Shown: positions 18,484 to 28,686 of the stretch, piece after piece
Layout of the letters: every line of letters begins with the position of its first letter
Position numbering within the stretch: the first letter of the stretch is position 1
Virus record (IMG/VR): IMGVR_UViG_3300044730_002015
Coordinates: 96,001 to 160,000 of that record
DNA from: a virus
Length of the DNA stretch: 64,000 nt
Strand: one strand, 5' to 3'
Program-made: the position numbers and the translations under genes
Notes under the pieces: generated by a model
Database searches by the model: none
The model's input: only the letters and a program-made list of their open reading frames with translations
Told to the model about the DNA's origin: nothing

Positions 18484-18510
18484 AAAAAAGGATCCTTGCG
18501 GATCCTTTTT
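18484..18510. terminator. Intrinsic terminator, possibly bidirectional
   Basis: AAAAAAGGATCC-TTGC-GGATCCTTTTT. Confidence 0.75.
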
Positions 18511-18528
18511 GCTTCAAGCACCTGCAGT

Positions 18529-18867
18529 TTAGGCTTCTACTGCTACACCAGACTTGGCAGTGGCCTTGGCTGTGGGACGAGCCGCAGGCTTGGTAGCCTT
18601 GACCTTGACTTCGCCCTTTTTAACAGAGCGTGTCATTTCTGCCAGCTTGTTGCTGACTGCAAAACCAGCGTCGCCTTCTAACTTACGGCCATCCAGCATC
18701 TGCAGGATTTCCAGTTTAGACATTGGGCGCTCAAGGTCCTCAAACAGAGCGATGCTATGACCCAGGCCAATGTACGACTTTTGGCGCGCCACAGAGTCGG
18801 TGGCAAAACGCACTTTGGTGATACCATTTTTGGTTGTAATACCAACTGCTGTAAACTTCTTGTCCAT
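18529..18867 (-). CDS. Basic protein with Lys/Ala-rich tail, possibly DNA-binding
   Basis: Own promoter (18923-18951) and terminator; KATAK-rich C-terminus. Confidence 0.6.
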   Translation of the reverse strand: MDKKFTAVGITTKNGITKVRFATDSVARQKSYIGLGHSIALFEDLERPMSKLEILQMLDGRKLEGDAGFAVSNKLAEMTRSVKKGEVKVKATKPAARPTAKATAKSGVAVEA

Positions 18868-18999
18868 ACTATGCCTCACTTATCAAAGTTGAAAAAATCA
18901 GCGACAGTGTCACTGTACCACTACTATAACAGGAATGGATTTTCCTGTCAACATTGGATTTGGCCAAAATCTCAGTTTTGACCAAACCAAATTCCTTTA

Positions 19000-19341
19000 T
19001 CATCGGATCAGCACCTTTTCGTCCCGGGCCACTCGATGACCATAAATCTTATGACCAATTTCACGCACACGGTCGGCCATGGCCTGCGGCGCACGTTCGA
19101 AAGCATCCACTATGTCTTGTACCGAAACATCATCTGTGGTTTCAATCACATAGATCTCATAGTGCCTGTGACTATTGACCTGTGCGCGGAGTTGCCACAC
19201 GGTGAGATTCAAAGGCAAGGGTACTTTGTTGGGATTTTCACCTTTCAATATGGCCAACACACGCTGTTGGTCAAAGTCGTCGATACGAACCGCAGACTCA
19301 AGGCCATAACAGTCCCACATCACGGCTACTTGCTTGCTCAT
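19000..19341 (-). CDS. Hypothetical protein
   Basis: ATGA overlap with upstream gene. Confidence 0.55.
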   Translation of the reverse strand: MSKQVAVMWDCYGLESAVRIDDFDQQRVLAILKGENPNKVPLPLNLTVWQLRAQVNSHRHYEIYVIETTDDVSVQDIVDAFERAPQAMADRVREIGHKIYGHRVARDEKVLIR

Positions 19342-19982
19342 GACAGGACCTTTACACGGTTCAGTTGAGTCTGATAGTCATCGCGATGTGCTTTCACAGT
19401 GCCACGGATGCTATAGCGTCCTGGCTTGAGTTGTTCTTTGTAGGCAAAAAACGCCACACAACCATCATCGGTCTTGGCCGTGGTAAAGAACACACCATAG
19501 TTCACGCTGAAGTTGCTTCGCACCACTTCAATGTTGACAGTGACTTTGGCACCCACTGCGCCCAGATACGACTGGGCACGATCAGCGATCTTTTCTTCCT
19601 GTTGACGGTGCTGTTCCACACGAGCCACAGTCTGTGGCACTGACGCCAGCAGAGCCAGGTGATAGCGATCCGCATCTGTGATGGTGTCACGATTGGCCAC
19701 TTCTAGAATCACGCTGTCATACTGATTGATGTCGTTGGCCAATTTTTTCATGATCAGGCCACGGCAGTGAGCCAGCAGTTCTTTACCGCGAGCAAGATCG
19801 GCTTCGGTGGCCTTGTCACCGTCAATGATATACTGCAACAGCCGGACCTTGTTGCTTATGGTTCCCGGGGTCACATCACCATCTTTGAAGTAACCGCCCA
19901 GTTCACGATGCACACGAGCCGACAGGGCAAAGGCCTGCTCAATGGTGATTTCTACCTTGGGCTGTGCTGTGCGTGGTTTCAT
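19338..19982 (-). CDS. Early hypothetical protein, C-terminal OB-fold-like
   Basis: AAGGAG RBS; sigma70 promoter 20013-20041; GTVKAH...QTQLNRVK end. Confidence 0.6.
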   Translation of the reverse strand: MKPRTAQPKVEITIEQAFALSARVHRELGGYFKDGDVTPGTISNKVRLLQYIIDGDKATEADLARGKELLAHCRGLIMKKLANDINQYDSVILEVANRDTITDADRYHLALLASVPQTVARVEQHRQQEEKIADRAQSYLGAVGAKVTVNIEVVRSNFSVNYGVFFTTAKTDDGCVAFFAYKEQLKPGRYSIRGTVKAHRDDYQTQLNRVKVLS

Positions 19983-20012
19983 GGTTGGCTCCTTGTTGTT
20001 CACTATACCCAT

Positions 20013-20041
20013 ATTATAGCAGATTACCATTTTCTGGTCAA
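20013..20041 (-). promoter_or_regulatory. Sigma70-type early promoter, representative of a family (also 16598-16626, 18923-18951, 21082-21110, 21337-21365, 23526-23554, 30130-30158, 31126-31155, 32096-32124, 35186-35214, 37224-37252, 38433-38461, 38644-38672, 40750-40778, 58761-58789)
   Basis: TTGACC-17 nt-TATAAT, usually with extended TGn; 17-nt spacing counted at each site (18 at 31126). Confidence 0.85.
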
Positions 20042-20473
20042 CCGCCTAGTACCCCAGGGCTATCAGCCATAAAGCTGCGATAACACCAACGTACCAGTAA
20101 GCTGTAAAGCTCAATGCTATGATAATCAGCCAACTGTAGATCATTGCAGTGCCTCCGGTGCTGGTTGCACACCATATTTGATCTGCGCCGCCAGTTCCAC
20201 CACTCGATGAAACTCTGTGAGTTCATCTTCGGATGCCAGCACTTCGGGAGCATTTTGCATGACCACACTCCAGATCCGTTGCATATCTTCCAAGGTAAGC
20301 CAAGTCTCGATGCCGTCCATTATTGTTTCACCGAGTCTTTGACCACTGCCTTGGCTGAATCTACACCGCGGTCGGCCAGTGCCGCCATATCTGAAAATGT
20401 CACGCCTGCCCCACCAATGATGATGCCAGCCACGAATGCGATAAAGACTTTCATAATGCCTCCAGAGTTAAAG

Positions 20474-20776
20474 TTAAACCTGTAAACCTTGTTTGAGATG
20501 CAGTTCTACCGCTGTTTCAGATCCCCAGCATACACTGGGCAACCTGTTGAAAACGAACTGACAGATGGGCTTGAGTAGAGCCAAGTTGTCATCATCGGCA
20601 TAGATCACAGCCATCTGCAGATCGTTGCTGAGTACCGCGGTCAGAAACGAACCCGGACTGCGGCTTTCAAACACATAGCGTTCCAATGCTGTAACAGTCT
20701 TGGCAGGAATGTCATAGCCACGACTGTCCAGTCTATCGGCAGCCACTTCGGGAAACATCGCCAGCACCTGTCCCAT
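20474..20776 (-). CDS. Phage hypothetical protein
   Basis: PGSFLTAVLSNDL..A...AD motif; TAATG overlap. Confidence 0.6.
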   Translation of the reverse strand: MGQVLAMFPEVAADRLDSRGYDIPAKTVTALERYVFESRSPGSFLTAVLSNDLQMAVIYADDDNLALLKPICQFVFNRLPSVCWGSETAVELHLKQGLQV

Positions 20777-21051
20777 TATACCCGCTCCAGGAGATTGGCT
20801 GGCACATTGTACATACCACGAGCAGTGTTGACCAAGATGTTCTTGATCTTGACACGGGTTACCGGACCCTGCAGATCCTGGCCCAGTTTGGGATGATAGA
20901 ACTTCACAGTATCACCCACGCGGATTGACACTTTCAAATCTCGGCCAATCTGGCGCCGGCGAAACTTGATGGCCTGGCCAATGGCATTGAGTTGATCATT
21001 GGTAAAGTTACCCTGCATGATCTCAATATTGATTTCGTTAATGGTAGGCAC
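20776..21051 (-). CDS. Small SH3/KOW-like early protein
   Basis: IRVGDTVKF...GPVTRV...YNVPANLL; AGGAG RBS. Confidence 0.55.
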   Translation of the reverse strand: MPTINEINIEIMQGNFTNDQLNAIGQAIKFRRRQIGRDLKVSIRVGDTVKFYHPKLGQDLQGPVTRVKIKNILVNTARGMYNVPANLLERV

Positions 21052-21106
21052 TGCTATCTCCTGATTGGTTACGATATGCTTAGTATAGCAAATCGGAAAT
21101 TTTTGG

Positions 21107-21307
21107 TCAACCTGCCAAGACTTTGAGTATGGTGGCCTGCAGATCGGCTACTTCCTCAGCGGGCACATAAAAGTCTGTCAAGGGATCATAGTACTCACCG
21201 GCACGGGCATCATAGTACAGCACACGACCGTTGGGATAGTGGAAAGGACCTTCTAGACCCTGACGCGGACCAAACTCTTTGGAGTGCTTGAAAACGGTAT
21301 ATGCCAC
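21107..21307 (-). CDS. Small early hypothetical protein
   Basis: GLEGPF...VLYYD...GEYYDP; promoter and AGGAG RBS. Confidence 0.6.
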   Translation of the reverse strand: MAYTVFKHSKEFGPRQGLEGPFHYPNGRVLYYDARAGEYYDPLTDFYVPAEEVADLQATILKVLAG

Positions 21308-21383
21308 TGTGGCTCCTGTTTGTTTACTATACCCATATTATAGCAAAACGGGAATTTTTGGTCAACCGCTCTAAAACCGCTAG

Positions 21384-21399
21384 GTTAGTGGGCACTAAC
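21384..21399. promoter_or_regulatory. 16-bp palindromic motif GTWAGTG-N2-CACTAAC (variants at 31162, 38722, 58692, 58796)
   Basis: Five copies, four of them next to early promoters. Confidence 0.55.
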
Positions 21400-22126
21400 C
21401 TAGGGTTTGACCAAAATGCTGATAAGCCCGGGGGTTGAGTTCAAAGCCAATGAATCTGCGATCCATGGCTAGCACAGCGCGGCCTGTGGAGAACGATCCG
21501 CCAAAGGGATCCAAAACCAAGTCGCCGGCATTGGTGCTGTAGTCTATGAATTTTCGGATAAATGATTCGGCCAGTTGATTGTTGTTGCGTATCTCACCGT
21601 GCTTGTATTCTCTGGGCAGGCTCTGAACACTCAGCCGGTCATTGTAGGATTCGGTGGTATCGTCAAATCTGCAGTGGGTGTTGAAGGTTCGTGGTTGTTT
21701 TCTAGTTTGGGGTTTGGCCCAGAACAGCACATGGTAGTGACTGCTGACCCATTTCCGTTTGGTGTATACACCAAAGGTATACTGGGCAATGATGTGATTG
21801 ATTTCTTCTAAGTCAGTTTCATGCAAAGCATTCAAGATATGATGCAGATTTGAGTAGCCACTCACGATGTAGATTGAGCCGCCGGGACGCAACACACGCT
21901 CACATTCCCGAATCCAGGTACTGCACCAAGTGCCATACTGATCTCTAGGTACGTCTACATAGCCACCAATAACCTTGGATTCATCGCGATTGTAGTGCGT
22001 GTCCAATTGATCTCCTGCAATGCCATAGGGTGGATCAGTGAAAATCATGTCTACGGAATTGTCCAAGACGTGCTGTTGCATACCCTCCACACAGTCTTGA
22101 TTGTAGATCTGGTAGGAGTCGGTCAT
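21395..22126 (-). CDS. DNA N6-adenine/N4-cytosine methyltransferase, beta class
   Basis: TDPPY precedes VLDPFGGSFST; GFELN. Confidence 0.9.
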   Translation of the reverse strand: MTDSYQIYNQDCVEGMQQHVLDNSVDMIFTDPPYGIAGDQLDTHYNRDESKVIGGYVDVPRDQYGTWCSTWIRECERVLRPGGSIYIVSGYSNLHHILNALHETDLEEINHIIAQYTFGVYTKRKWVSSHYHVLFWAKPQTRKQPRTFNTHCRFDDTTESYNDRLSVQSLPREYKHGEIRNNNQLAESFIRKFIDYSTNAGDLVLDPFGGSFSTGRAVLAMDRRFIGFELNPRAYQHFGQTLG

Positions 22127-22365
22127 CGCCACCTCATGGTAAACATGAAGTAATCTTCCTCGCCATCAAAATAAAAAAGGTATTCACCGGGATCGTGATC
22201 GTTAGGCAAGGATATCATTTGCCAGCGCCAATCTTGTGTGAGGTTTTGTCTGCACCACTGTATCACAGGGTCCAGTTCACCAAAAGGTTTGGAAGTGTGT
22301 TGGGCATAGTTAAAACTATCAGCCGAACGCTCATCAATACGATTGAAGTCTAGTTCAAGTTGCAT
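22123..22365 (-). CDS. Small protein of the W...FxF...FxxRW paralog family
   Basis: Motif shared with the ORFs at 54575-55540. Confidence 0.6.
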   Translation of the reverse strand: MQLELDFNRIDERSADSFNYAQHTSKPFGELDPVIQWCRQNLTQDWRWQMISLPNDHDPGEYLFYFDGEEDYFMFTMRWR

Positions 22366-22403
22366 GGGTCAGATACTTAGTATCTGCGGCACTCCGGCCC
22401 GTA

Positions 22404-22733
22404 TTATTCTGATGCTGGAGTCAGCCTAGGAATGATGTCAGCCATTTCCCGATCTATGGCACAAACCTTGCCAGGAAAACGACTTTTGAAATGTGTGCGT
22501 ATTTCTTCCCAGGTACGTCCTTGTGCTAGAAACTCTTGGGTTTTTTCGCTGTAGACGAAAAACATATCATCCACTTGCTCTACCTGTGCTATGACCATGA
22601 TGTCCGCCAACTGTAACAGTGCAATCAATTTACGATTGCGCCATACCAAATAGCGTTCCAGTATCAGTAGCAAGATGCGATACGCCACGGCACCAACCAC
22701 AAAACCCAGAATCAAGTACAAGATAGTGTCCAT
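22404..22733 (-). CDS. Membrane-anchored hypothetical protein
   Basis: N-terminal TM; EFLAQG; TAAATA-N5-ATG. Confidence 0.6.
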   Translation of the reverse strand: MDTILYLILGFVVGAVAYRILLLILERYLVWRNRKLIALLQLADIMVIAQVEQVDDMFFVYSEKTQEFLAQGRTWEEIRTHFKSRFPGKVCAIDREMADIIPRLTPASE

Positions 22734-22741
22734 AGCGATAT

Positions 22742-23062
22742 TTACTTTTGTAAGTTTTCCATAAAAATGATCTTGCCGATGGCAGTGCCTAGATCCTGAT
22801 CATCGTGTACGATGTGCAGTCTGGGTCTGGATTCTTCATTGGAGGTGCTAAGACCATGTATGGAGTTTGGGTCAACTTGTTTTTTGGTCTCCACGATCCA
22901 ACCACCATTGGCTCGATAAAGATTAAAACTCAGTGGCCTAGAATTCAACATTCTATCTTGCACGAAATCCTCGATTCGCAGAGGTTTGAGTTCAAGGGTG
23001 CATTGTTTGTGTTGTTCTGTTTGCAGCCAGTTATACAGCCTGCGTCTTAGATAATTCAACAT
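22742..23062 (-). CDS. Hypothetical protein
   Basis: Packed ORF; YRANGGWIVE. Confidence 0.5.
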   Translation of the reverse strand: MLNYLRRRLYNWLQTEQHKQCTLELKPLRIEDFVQDRMLNSRPLSFNLYRANGGWIVETKKQVDPNSIHGLSTSNEESRPRLHIVHDDQDLGTAIGKIIFMENLQK

Positions 23063-23519
23063 GGTTGACTTTCTGTTTGGGTGCTTGATATTGAAAGTGT
23101 GGTACCCATTGGTTTCCATTGCGTAAGAATCCCCATTCCCGTTGATGTGGTCCGGGTATGAACAAGGTCCAAGGTGTCACGCCAGGTTTCAACTCTATGC
23201 GATGATAAGAGCCAGCACCGCAAATACGGAAATGACCCGGTCCACGCCATACCGGGTGCTCACAGTAGACATGGCCAAGGGTATCCAGTGTTGGTATCCA
23301 TTCCCAGTATCCACCTTTAAGGATCAAGGTAAAGTAAGGCCAAGGATGATCGTGCGGATCCCAGGGATCACCTTTCAGGAACTTGTGTACAAAGATGTTG
23401 AACGGAAATCTGCCACGATCTTTCAAAAACAGATAGTATCGTTCAAGATACGGCTCTTGATTTTCTCGATCCAGGATAACACGATGGCGTCCAAAATACT
23501 GGAAGATTTTTTTAAGCAT
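23031..23519 (-). CDS. Cupin-like phage protein
   Basis: HDHPW...LKGGYWE...HRIEL cupin metal motifs. Confidence 0.7.
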   Translation of the reverse strand: MLKKIFQYFGRHRVILDRENQEPYLERYYLFLKDRGRFPFNIFVHKFLKGDPWDPHDHPWPYFTLILKGGYWEWIPTLDTLGHVYCEHPVWRGPGHFRICGAGSYHRIELKPGVTPWTLFIPGPHQREWGFLRNGNQWVPHFQYQAPKQKVNHVELSKTQAV

Positions 23520-23568
23520 AAAATGATTTTAGCACACTACGAAAATAAGATCAAGACCAATTGGTAAA

Positions 23569-25527
23569 TCAGTGTGCGGAATTTACAACTTCAATCTGGG
23601 TACCATCTTCTTTGATTGTGTGACAAGTCCTGATAAATTTTACATCAACGGTGGTCCAATCAATTGGTTTGGCCAAAGTGTGAAATCTGCGTATTTGAAA
23701 TTCGGGCAGTACTGAGTGCTGGCGTGATTCTTCCCAAGCGTCCCAAGCATATTTTACCGAAAACTTTACTGCCTGCGTTTCTCTAAATGTAGACATTTCT
23801 AAATAATCAACTAGATCCGCAAATGCATCAATGGGCATAAAATCTGCGAACATTTGCCTGATCTTTTGGAAAATTTCAGATCTGTGTCTTGACCAAAGTT
23901 TCAACAACACATTGAATATAGGTTCTTCTACGCCATCCAATTCAACCTTGCGCCAATCTTTGTCTGCATACTGGCCCGAAGCCATAAGATCGAGATATCG
24001 ATCAAACGGTTGATAGAATCCTGGCACAGCAACAGCTACTTCATATAATCTCCTGAGAGTTTGCCCAGCAGAGAAGTTTTGGTGCAACCGAAGATATTCA
24101 ATCATTGGAGTCAATAAATGTTGATTACTGATGATCATATCAAAATCGGTCATAAACATCATCTGTTTCCAATCATCGACTGTATAGCTCGAACTGCTGA
24201 CCGGAATAAAAACCACTTGATCTGACACTGTGGTGTTGTCGTAAATCGCGATGTAATCTTGATCCAATAGCTGTACCTGCTCGCCGCCTTCACCTTCCAT
24301 GCCCAAAGGTACCAATTGCAGTTGATGTTGCTTGATATAGTCGGGATTGGCTGCTGGTGTATCTGGCATGACGAAAAACGGTGCGCGAGTCACCCCACTG
24401 TATTTGTTAAACACACGATGCACTATGTTGCATTCTTCATAAAAGTCGTCCAATGTGCTGCCGGGCAGGCCCAGTATCAATTCTACATTGACTCCAATGT
24501 CATAATCATCTATATAGGATCTGGCCATTGCTATGTTATCTTCCAAACTGATATCAGTGCGATCTATGTTTTTAAGAGCAATTGGGCTGACTGTCTGTAT
24601 GCTCATTTGATAGTTTCTAACCAGTCCGGATTCTATCAGCGGTGTTAACACAGCACGTCTTTTGTCAATCTGTACTTTAGCCAGGCCTCCTATGTACACA
24701 TCATTCAGTTGATCTTTCAAGGCAGCAAACATTTCAGCGATCTTGGCGTCTCTAGGAAGTATACCAAAATTGGCATCTGTGATGTACACACTTTTGACTC
24801 CTATCACAGGAAAGTAACTGAGATCGTCAGCAATATTTTCCATGCTGTTTGGTACTACCTTGGTATTGATACCACCGCCCCATTCGCAATAAACACAACC
24901 ATATGGACATCCTCTGTTGGTTTCATACAGCACTGTTACCGGTCTTCCGCTTTGTTGGCTGTATTCAGCGTATTTCATTGATTCATCTAAGTTGGTAGAA
25001 TACACACCACTGGGGAAAACAAAATCTCTTTTGTTGGGTTGTGGACCGCGGCCGCCCGGATGATAACTATTCCGGACATTAGACCAATCAAGATTGTTGT
25101 CAATGATAGAATCTAAGGTATCGGTTAAAAACCATTCCCCGTATTCGGTAGGTGTACAGGTGGCGTCAAACCAAGGATATTTTTTAAACCATAGCAGTGG
25201 AGATGTATGCGTGGTATTTTGATGTGGACCGCCCAAGACCAATAAAGCATTGGGCTGTAGTTTTTTCACTTTCTGAGAGACAATTTTGATTACATTCCAA
25301 CTCCACATATAGCTGGAAAAGGCATAGACATCGGCTTGATGCTGTACTGTGTCCTCTACTATATCCTCTATGCTCCAACCAGTGTAGTCTATCTTTGGAG
25401 CAATCCATTGCCATTGGTCAGGGTGCCGGCCATTGAGTTCATAGTATCTTTTGAAACTAAAATAACTGCCAGGTAAGAAAAGATCGTAGCGAGTGGTGTC
25501 AAATTTGAAAAAGTGAATCTTTTTCAT
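23569..25527 (-). CDS. Cobalamin-binding radical SAM protein
   Basis: FSSYMWS and VLGGPH (B12-binding domain); ETNRGCPYGCVYC; TDANFG; ELILGLPG. Confidence 0.88.
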   Translation of the reverse strand: MKKIHFFKFDTTRYDLFLPGSYFSFKRYYELNGRHPDQWQWIAPKIDYTGWSIEDIVEDTVQHQADVYAFSSYMWSWNVIKIVSQKVKKLQPNALLVLGGPHQNTTHTSPLLWFKKYPWFDATCTPTEYGEWFLTDTLDSIIDNNLDWSNVRNSYHPGGRGPQPNKRDFVFPSGVYSTNLDESMKYAEYSQQSGRPVTVLYETNRGCPYGCVYCEWGGGINTKVVPNSMENIADDLSYFPVIGVKSVYITDANFGILPRDAKIAEMFAALKDQLNDVYIGGLAKVQIDKRRAVLTPLIESGLVRNYQMSIQTVSPIALKNIDRTDISLEDNIAMARSYIDDYDIGVNVELILGLPGSTLDDFYEECNIVHRVFNKYSGVTRAPFFVMPDTPAANPDYIKQHQLQLVPLGMEGEGGEQVQLLDQDYIAIYDNTTVSDQVVFIPVSSSSYTVDDWKQMMFMTDFDMIISNQHLLTPMIEYLRLHQNFSAGQTLRRLYEVAVAVPGFYQPFDRYLDLMASGQYADKDWRKVELDGVEEPIFNVLLKLWSRHRSEIFQKIRQMFADFMPIDAFADLVDYLEMSTFRETQAVKFSVKYAWDAWEESRQHSVLPEFQIRRFHTLAKPIDWTTVDVKFIRTCHTIKEDGTQIEVVNSAH

Positions 25528-25565
25528 ATTTGTACTTAGCATGGGTCAGCGGGCGGTCAAAAGGA

Positions 25566-25587
25566 AACAGGTGCCGAAGCACCTGTT
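25566..25587 (-). terminator. Intrinsic terminator with cUUCGg loop
   Basis: AACAGGTGC-TTCG-GCACCTGTT followed by T-rich tract on the minus strand. Confidence 0.7.
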
Positions 25588-25616
25588 GTGACTTACCAGT
25601 CGACTGGTTCCTGCTA

Positions 25617-25889
25617 TTACAGGGTCAGGCCCATGGCTTTGGCTTTGTAACCAAGTGCCACGATTTCGCGGCTGGGTTTGCCCATTTCATACTCGGTAAC
25701 ATTTACACCGTTGCCTGCGCGACGCTGGTTTGCATAGACTGCATAGCCATTGTGGCGGATGCGGCTAACTTCGGCACCAATGTTCTTGATACCAAAACGC
25801 TTTTCAGCCTGGCTTGCGGTCACTTTCTGACCATTGTAAAGAGCGTTGAACAGTTTAAAAGTTTTTGTTTCAGGGTTGAAGTATTTCAT
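25617..25889 (-). CDS. Small winged-HTH DNA-binding protein
   Basis: TASQAEKRFGIKNIGAEVSRIRHNGY; own promoter and terminator. Confidence 0.6.
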   Translation of the reverse strand: MKYFNPETKTFKLFNALYNGQKVTASQAEKRFGIKNIGAEVSRIRHNGYAVYANQRRAGNGVNVTEYEMGKPSREIVALGYKAKAMGLTL

Positions 25890-25998
25890 AAAGTCCTCTT
25901 AAGTTAGTTCGCTGTTGTTGGCAGCGTGTAGTTAGTATAGCAGTTTTAGAGTTGTATGCAACAGTTTTTGGCAAGATATTTTGGGTGACATTTACCAT

Positions 25999-26874
25999 TT
26001 ACTGCTTGCTCAGTAATGCGGCACCAACGCTGCCTGCACTGTCGCCCAATTCGGCCCGCACGATCACAGTATCAAATGAGTCGGAAAAAAGGTGTTCACG
26101 GATCATGGTGTCACCGGTGGTCATGATATCAGGCAGGTTGCTGAGTCCTCCGCCCAACACTATACAATCGGGATCCAGAACCTGTATCAAATTGGCCATG
26201 GCCAGTCCATAGTCTCGGTACCATTGGTACAGTCTCATAGGATTTTGTGCCAGGATCACATCGGCAGGTGGTGCTATCTCGTTGGGTCGAGATAGATATG
26301 ACTCTTGAATGGCGCCGCCACCTAGATTGCTTTCCACACAACCTCGGCGACCACAACGGCAGTTGTGCTGGTCATTCAGCGTGGTATGCCCCCACTCGCC
26401 CAATATGCCATTGCGGCCACGAGTGATTCGGCCATATTCCACCAATGCGCCGCCAACTCCAGTGCCCAGTATCACACCAAACACGCGATCGTAGCCACGG
26501 CCTGCACCCAGTCTAGCTTCGGCCAAGGCAAAACACTGAGCATCATTGGCCACTGTGACAGGTTGATGCAACCAACAGGCCAGATCGCGCTCAATGTCAT
26601 GACCATTCATGTGTTCAATACTGGAATTCCTCAGCAGGCCTGTTTTGGAGTTTAGGCTGCCAGGAGTGCCGAGGCCCACTGTGTGTTGGCCTATGCCGGT
26701 GGTGGTTATGGCTGTAAGATACTGTTGCCTGATATTGGTGAGAACTTGTTGCCGGCCCAGATTTGCTTGTGTAGGGCCACGCTCCCGGTATAGAATACTA
26801 TTATTACGATCAATAATCGCGCACTCAATTTTGGTACCTCCTAGATCAATACCTACTTTGTATTCTGGTGCCAT
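25999..26874 (-). CDS. ROK-family sugar kinase (fructokinase-like)
   Basis: GIDLGGTKIE, ANDAQCFALAE, GTGVGG, GEWGH, CRCGRRGCVE, LGGGLSN. Confidence 0.92.
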   Translation of the reverse strand: MAPEYKVGIDLGGTKIECAIIDRNNSILYRERGPTQANLGRQQVLTNIRQQYLTAITTTGIGQHTVGLGTPGSLNSKTGLLRNSSIEHMNGHDIERDLACWLHQPVTVANDAQCFALAEARLGAGRGYDRVFGVILGTGVGGALVEYGRITRGRNGILGEWGHTTLNDQHNCRCGRRGCVESNLGGGAIQESYLSRPNEIAPPADVILAQNPMRLYQWYRDYGLAMANLIQVLDPDCIVLGGGLSNLPDIMTTGDTMIREHLFSDSFDTVIVRAELGDSAGSVGAALLSKQ

Positions 26875-27392
26875 TATGACTCCAGTCCTAAACTATGATA
26901 ACCACGGAACATGATACTGACACAAATCCTGCGGTTGATTGCTGCTTTTCTTGGTTCTATGCAGTGTTCATATCTTTCATGATCATGGCGCACCAAAAAG
27001 CAATCACCGGTGGATAGATCCATGAATCTGGTGCTGTCGGGGGTCAACAAATCTCTATAGCCCACCCGCATTCCGGTGGATTCATTGATCTTGGGATCAC
27101 AGATATAGTACATGATGATGCCATCAATGTTTGGGTCTAGATCAGTGTGCCAGTCCATGAATTTGCCAGAAATCTTGTCTCTTTCTATAACTCTTTGATA
27201 ATCATAAATGGTAAGATTATAAAAGTCTAGTCCCAGGTTATCTAATAATATTTTGCAGTACGAATTACCTAAATCTTCGGGCACATCTGGTACTGTCGAC
27301 ATGATGTCTTTATGATCAGAATCTATGATCAAACGATGCACGCCCGAGGTAACAGGAATTACATCAATCATTGAGTCGTTCCTGGAGATCAT
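26874..27392 (-). CDS. 2OG-Fe(II) oxygenase-like protein
   Basis: WHTD...HCIEP...RICVS (HxD...H...R). Confidence 0.6.
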   Translation of the reverse strand: MISRNDSMIDVIPVTSGVHRLIIDSDHKDIMSTVPDVPEDLGNSYCKILLDNLGLDFYNLTIYDYQRVIERDKISGKFMDWHTDLDPNIDGIIMYYICDPKINESTGMRVGYRDLLTPDSTRFMDLSTGDCFLVRHDHERYEHCIEPRKAAINRRICVSIMFRGYHSLGLES

Positions 27393-27612
27393 TGGCAGTA
27401 AAATAACCGCAGGGCCAGTCTATGTTTGTGGATTCCTGATTTAAACTATCTCTGATACGGTTGAAATGTATACTGAACAATTCTTCGTTGATGACATTGT
27501 TGGTCATGATCCCGGGAGTTTCCAATATGGATCTTATCTGCGGCACAGTCAGTAGGTTGCCCGATATGCATTGAGCTATGTCATCGTCTGACAGATCTTG
27601 ATAAGTTCTCAT
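27364..27612 (-). CDS. Hypothetical protein
   Basis: GAGG RBS; ATGA overlap. Confidence 0.45.
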   Translation of the reverse strand: MRTYQDLSDDDIAQCISGNLLTVPQIRSILETPGIMTNNVINEELFSIHFNRIRDSLNQESTNIDWPCGYFTANDLQERLND

Positions 27613-27869
27613 CGATCCTCAAAAAGTTTCCCAAATTTCTGTTGGAATTCATACAGCGTGGTCATGAGCCTGCGGGGAATGTTGCCGCCTTCATTGATCT
27701 CAAATATCACCCAAGGGCATTCTTCTCGTTGTTTGATCTGATGGATCTTGATGCTTTTGCCATCTTCAAAGTCTACTGTTTTGCCTACATATTGATACAA
27801 GGTTATCTCCGTGGAACTCCGCCCGGGGGTTTGGGCAACTGGGGCAAAGATTTCCAATAATCCAGCCAC
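27609..27869 (-). CDS. Hypothetical protein (start uncertain)
   Basis: ORF track. Confidence 0.45.
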   Translation of the reverse strand: MAGLLEIFAPVAQTPGRSSTEITLYQYVGKTVDFEDGKSIKIHQIKQREECPWVIFEINEGGNIPRRLMTTLYEFQQKFGKLFEDR

Positions 27870-28153
27870 TTCTGCTGTTCTTCTATGTGCCTTTGTTGTG
27901 CTTCGTTCATCCTGCGCATTTCGTTGAGATGTTCTTTTTGTTCGTGCTGTCCCTGTGCTATCTTGTCTATCTTTTGGTCCATGTAATTGAGTCGTTGTTC
28001 CTGCAGGCCCAAACGTTCTTTGAAATAATCAATGTCATGACCTCTGCTGGCTGCTATGGCATACAGAACCAAAACGGTGACACACAGCACCATGACCAAA
28101 GACCACAGCACCTGAGTTTTTTCAACCGGAGTTAGATCATTCCAAAGTTGCAT
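27803..28153 (-). CDS. Membrane-anchored coiled-coil protein
   Basis: One TM followed by a heptad-rich region. Confidence 0.55.
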   Translation of the reverse strand: MQLWNDLTPVEKTQVLWSLVMVLCVTVLVLYAIAASRGHDIDYFKERLGLQEQRLNYMDQKIDKIAQGQHEQKEHLNEMRRMNEAQQRHIEEQQKWLDYWKSLPQLPKPPGGVPRR

Positions 28154-28686
28154 CTACGCACGGGGCCTCGCTTCACACCAGACTAGGTATCGACTGCCCG
28201 ATTGCCTAGCAGCGGCCGTGTACTGCCGCACCTTATCTTCACACATAGACCGTGTGGCAAAACTATCCACGTCTATGCTCCAGCCATTCAAAAACATCAC
28301 AAACACCCAGACCATCAAGCGCCCATGTCGCCGTCTCTGCGACTTTCGTCTATCACACGCTGGCTCCACATTTCTTCGTTTTCCAGCACAGGAATATCAT
28401 AGGATCCCACAGCAGGTAGATCGCTGTAGTGATCCCACTGTGTGGTATCTTTCCTGCCAAAAATCCTGTCCCAGTTCTGATCAAATGTCATTTGATCCAC
28501 TGAACTGGGGCGAGGTTTAGAGCCCTTGCCCGCCATACCTTATCTCCTGTGTTCGTACTTATCTAAGGGCAGTAACCGTGACTGCCACCAACAAAAACAC
28601 GATAGCTATAGCCAGTGCAGTCAGGAGGAAAGTCAGCACGTGGGATATGCCTGTGATTGCCCAATGTATCCAGCGTAGTAACATGA

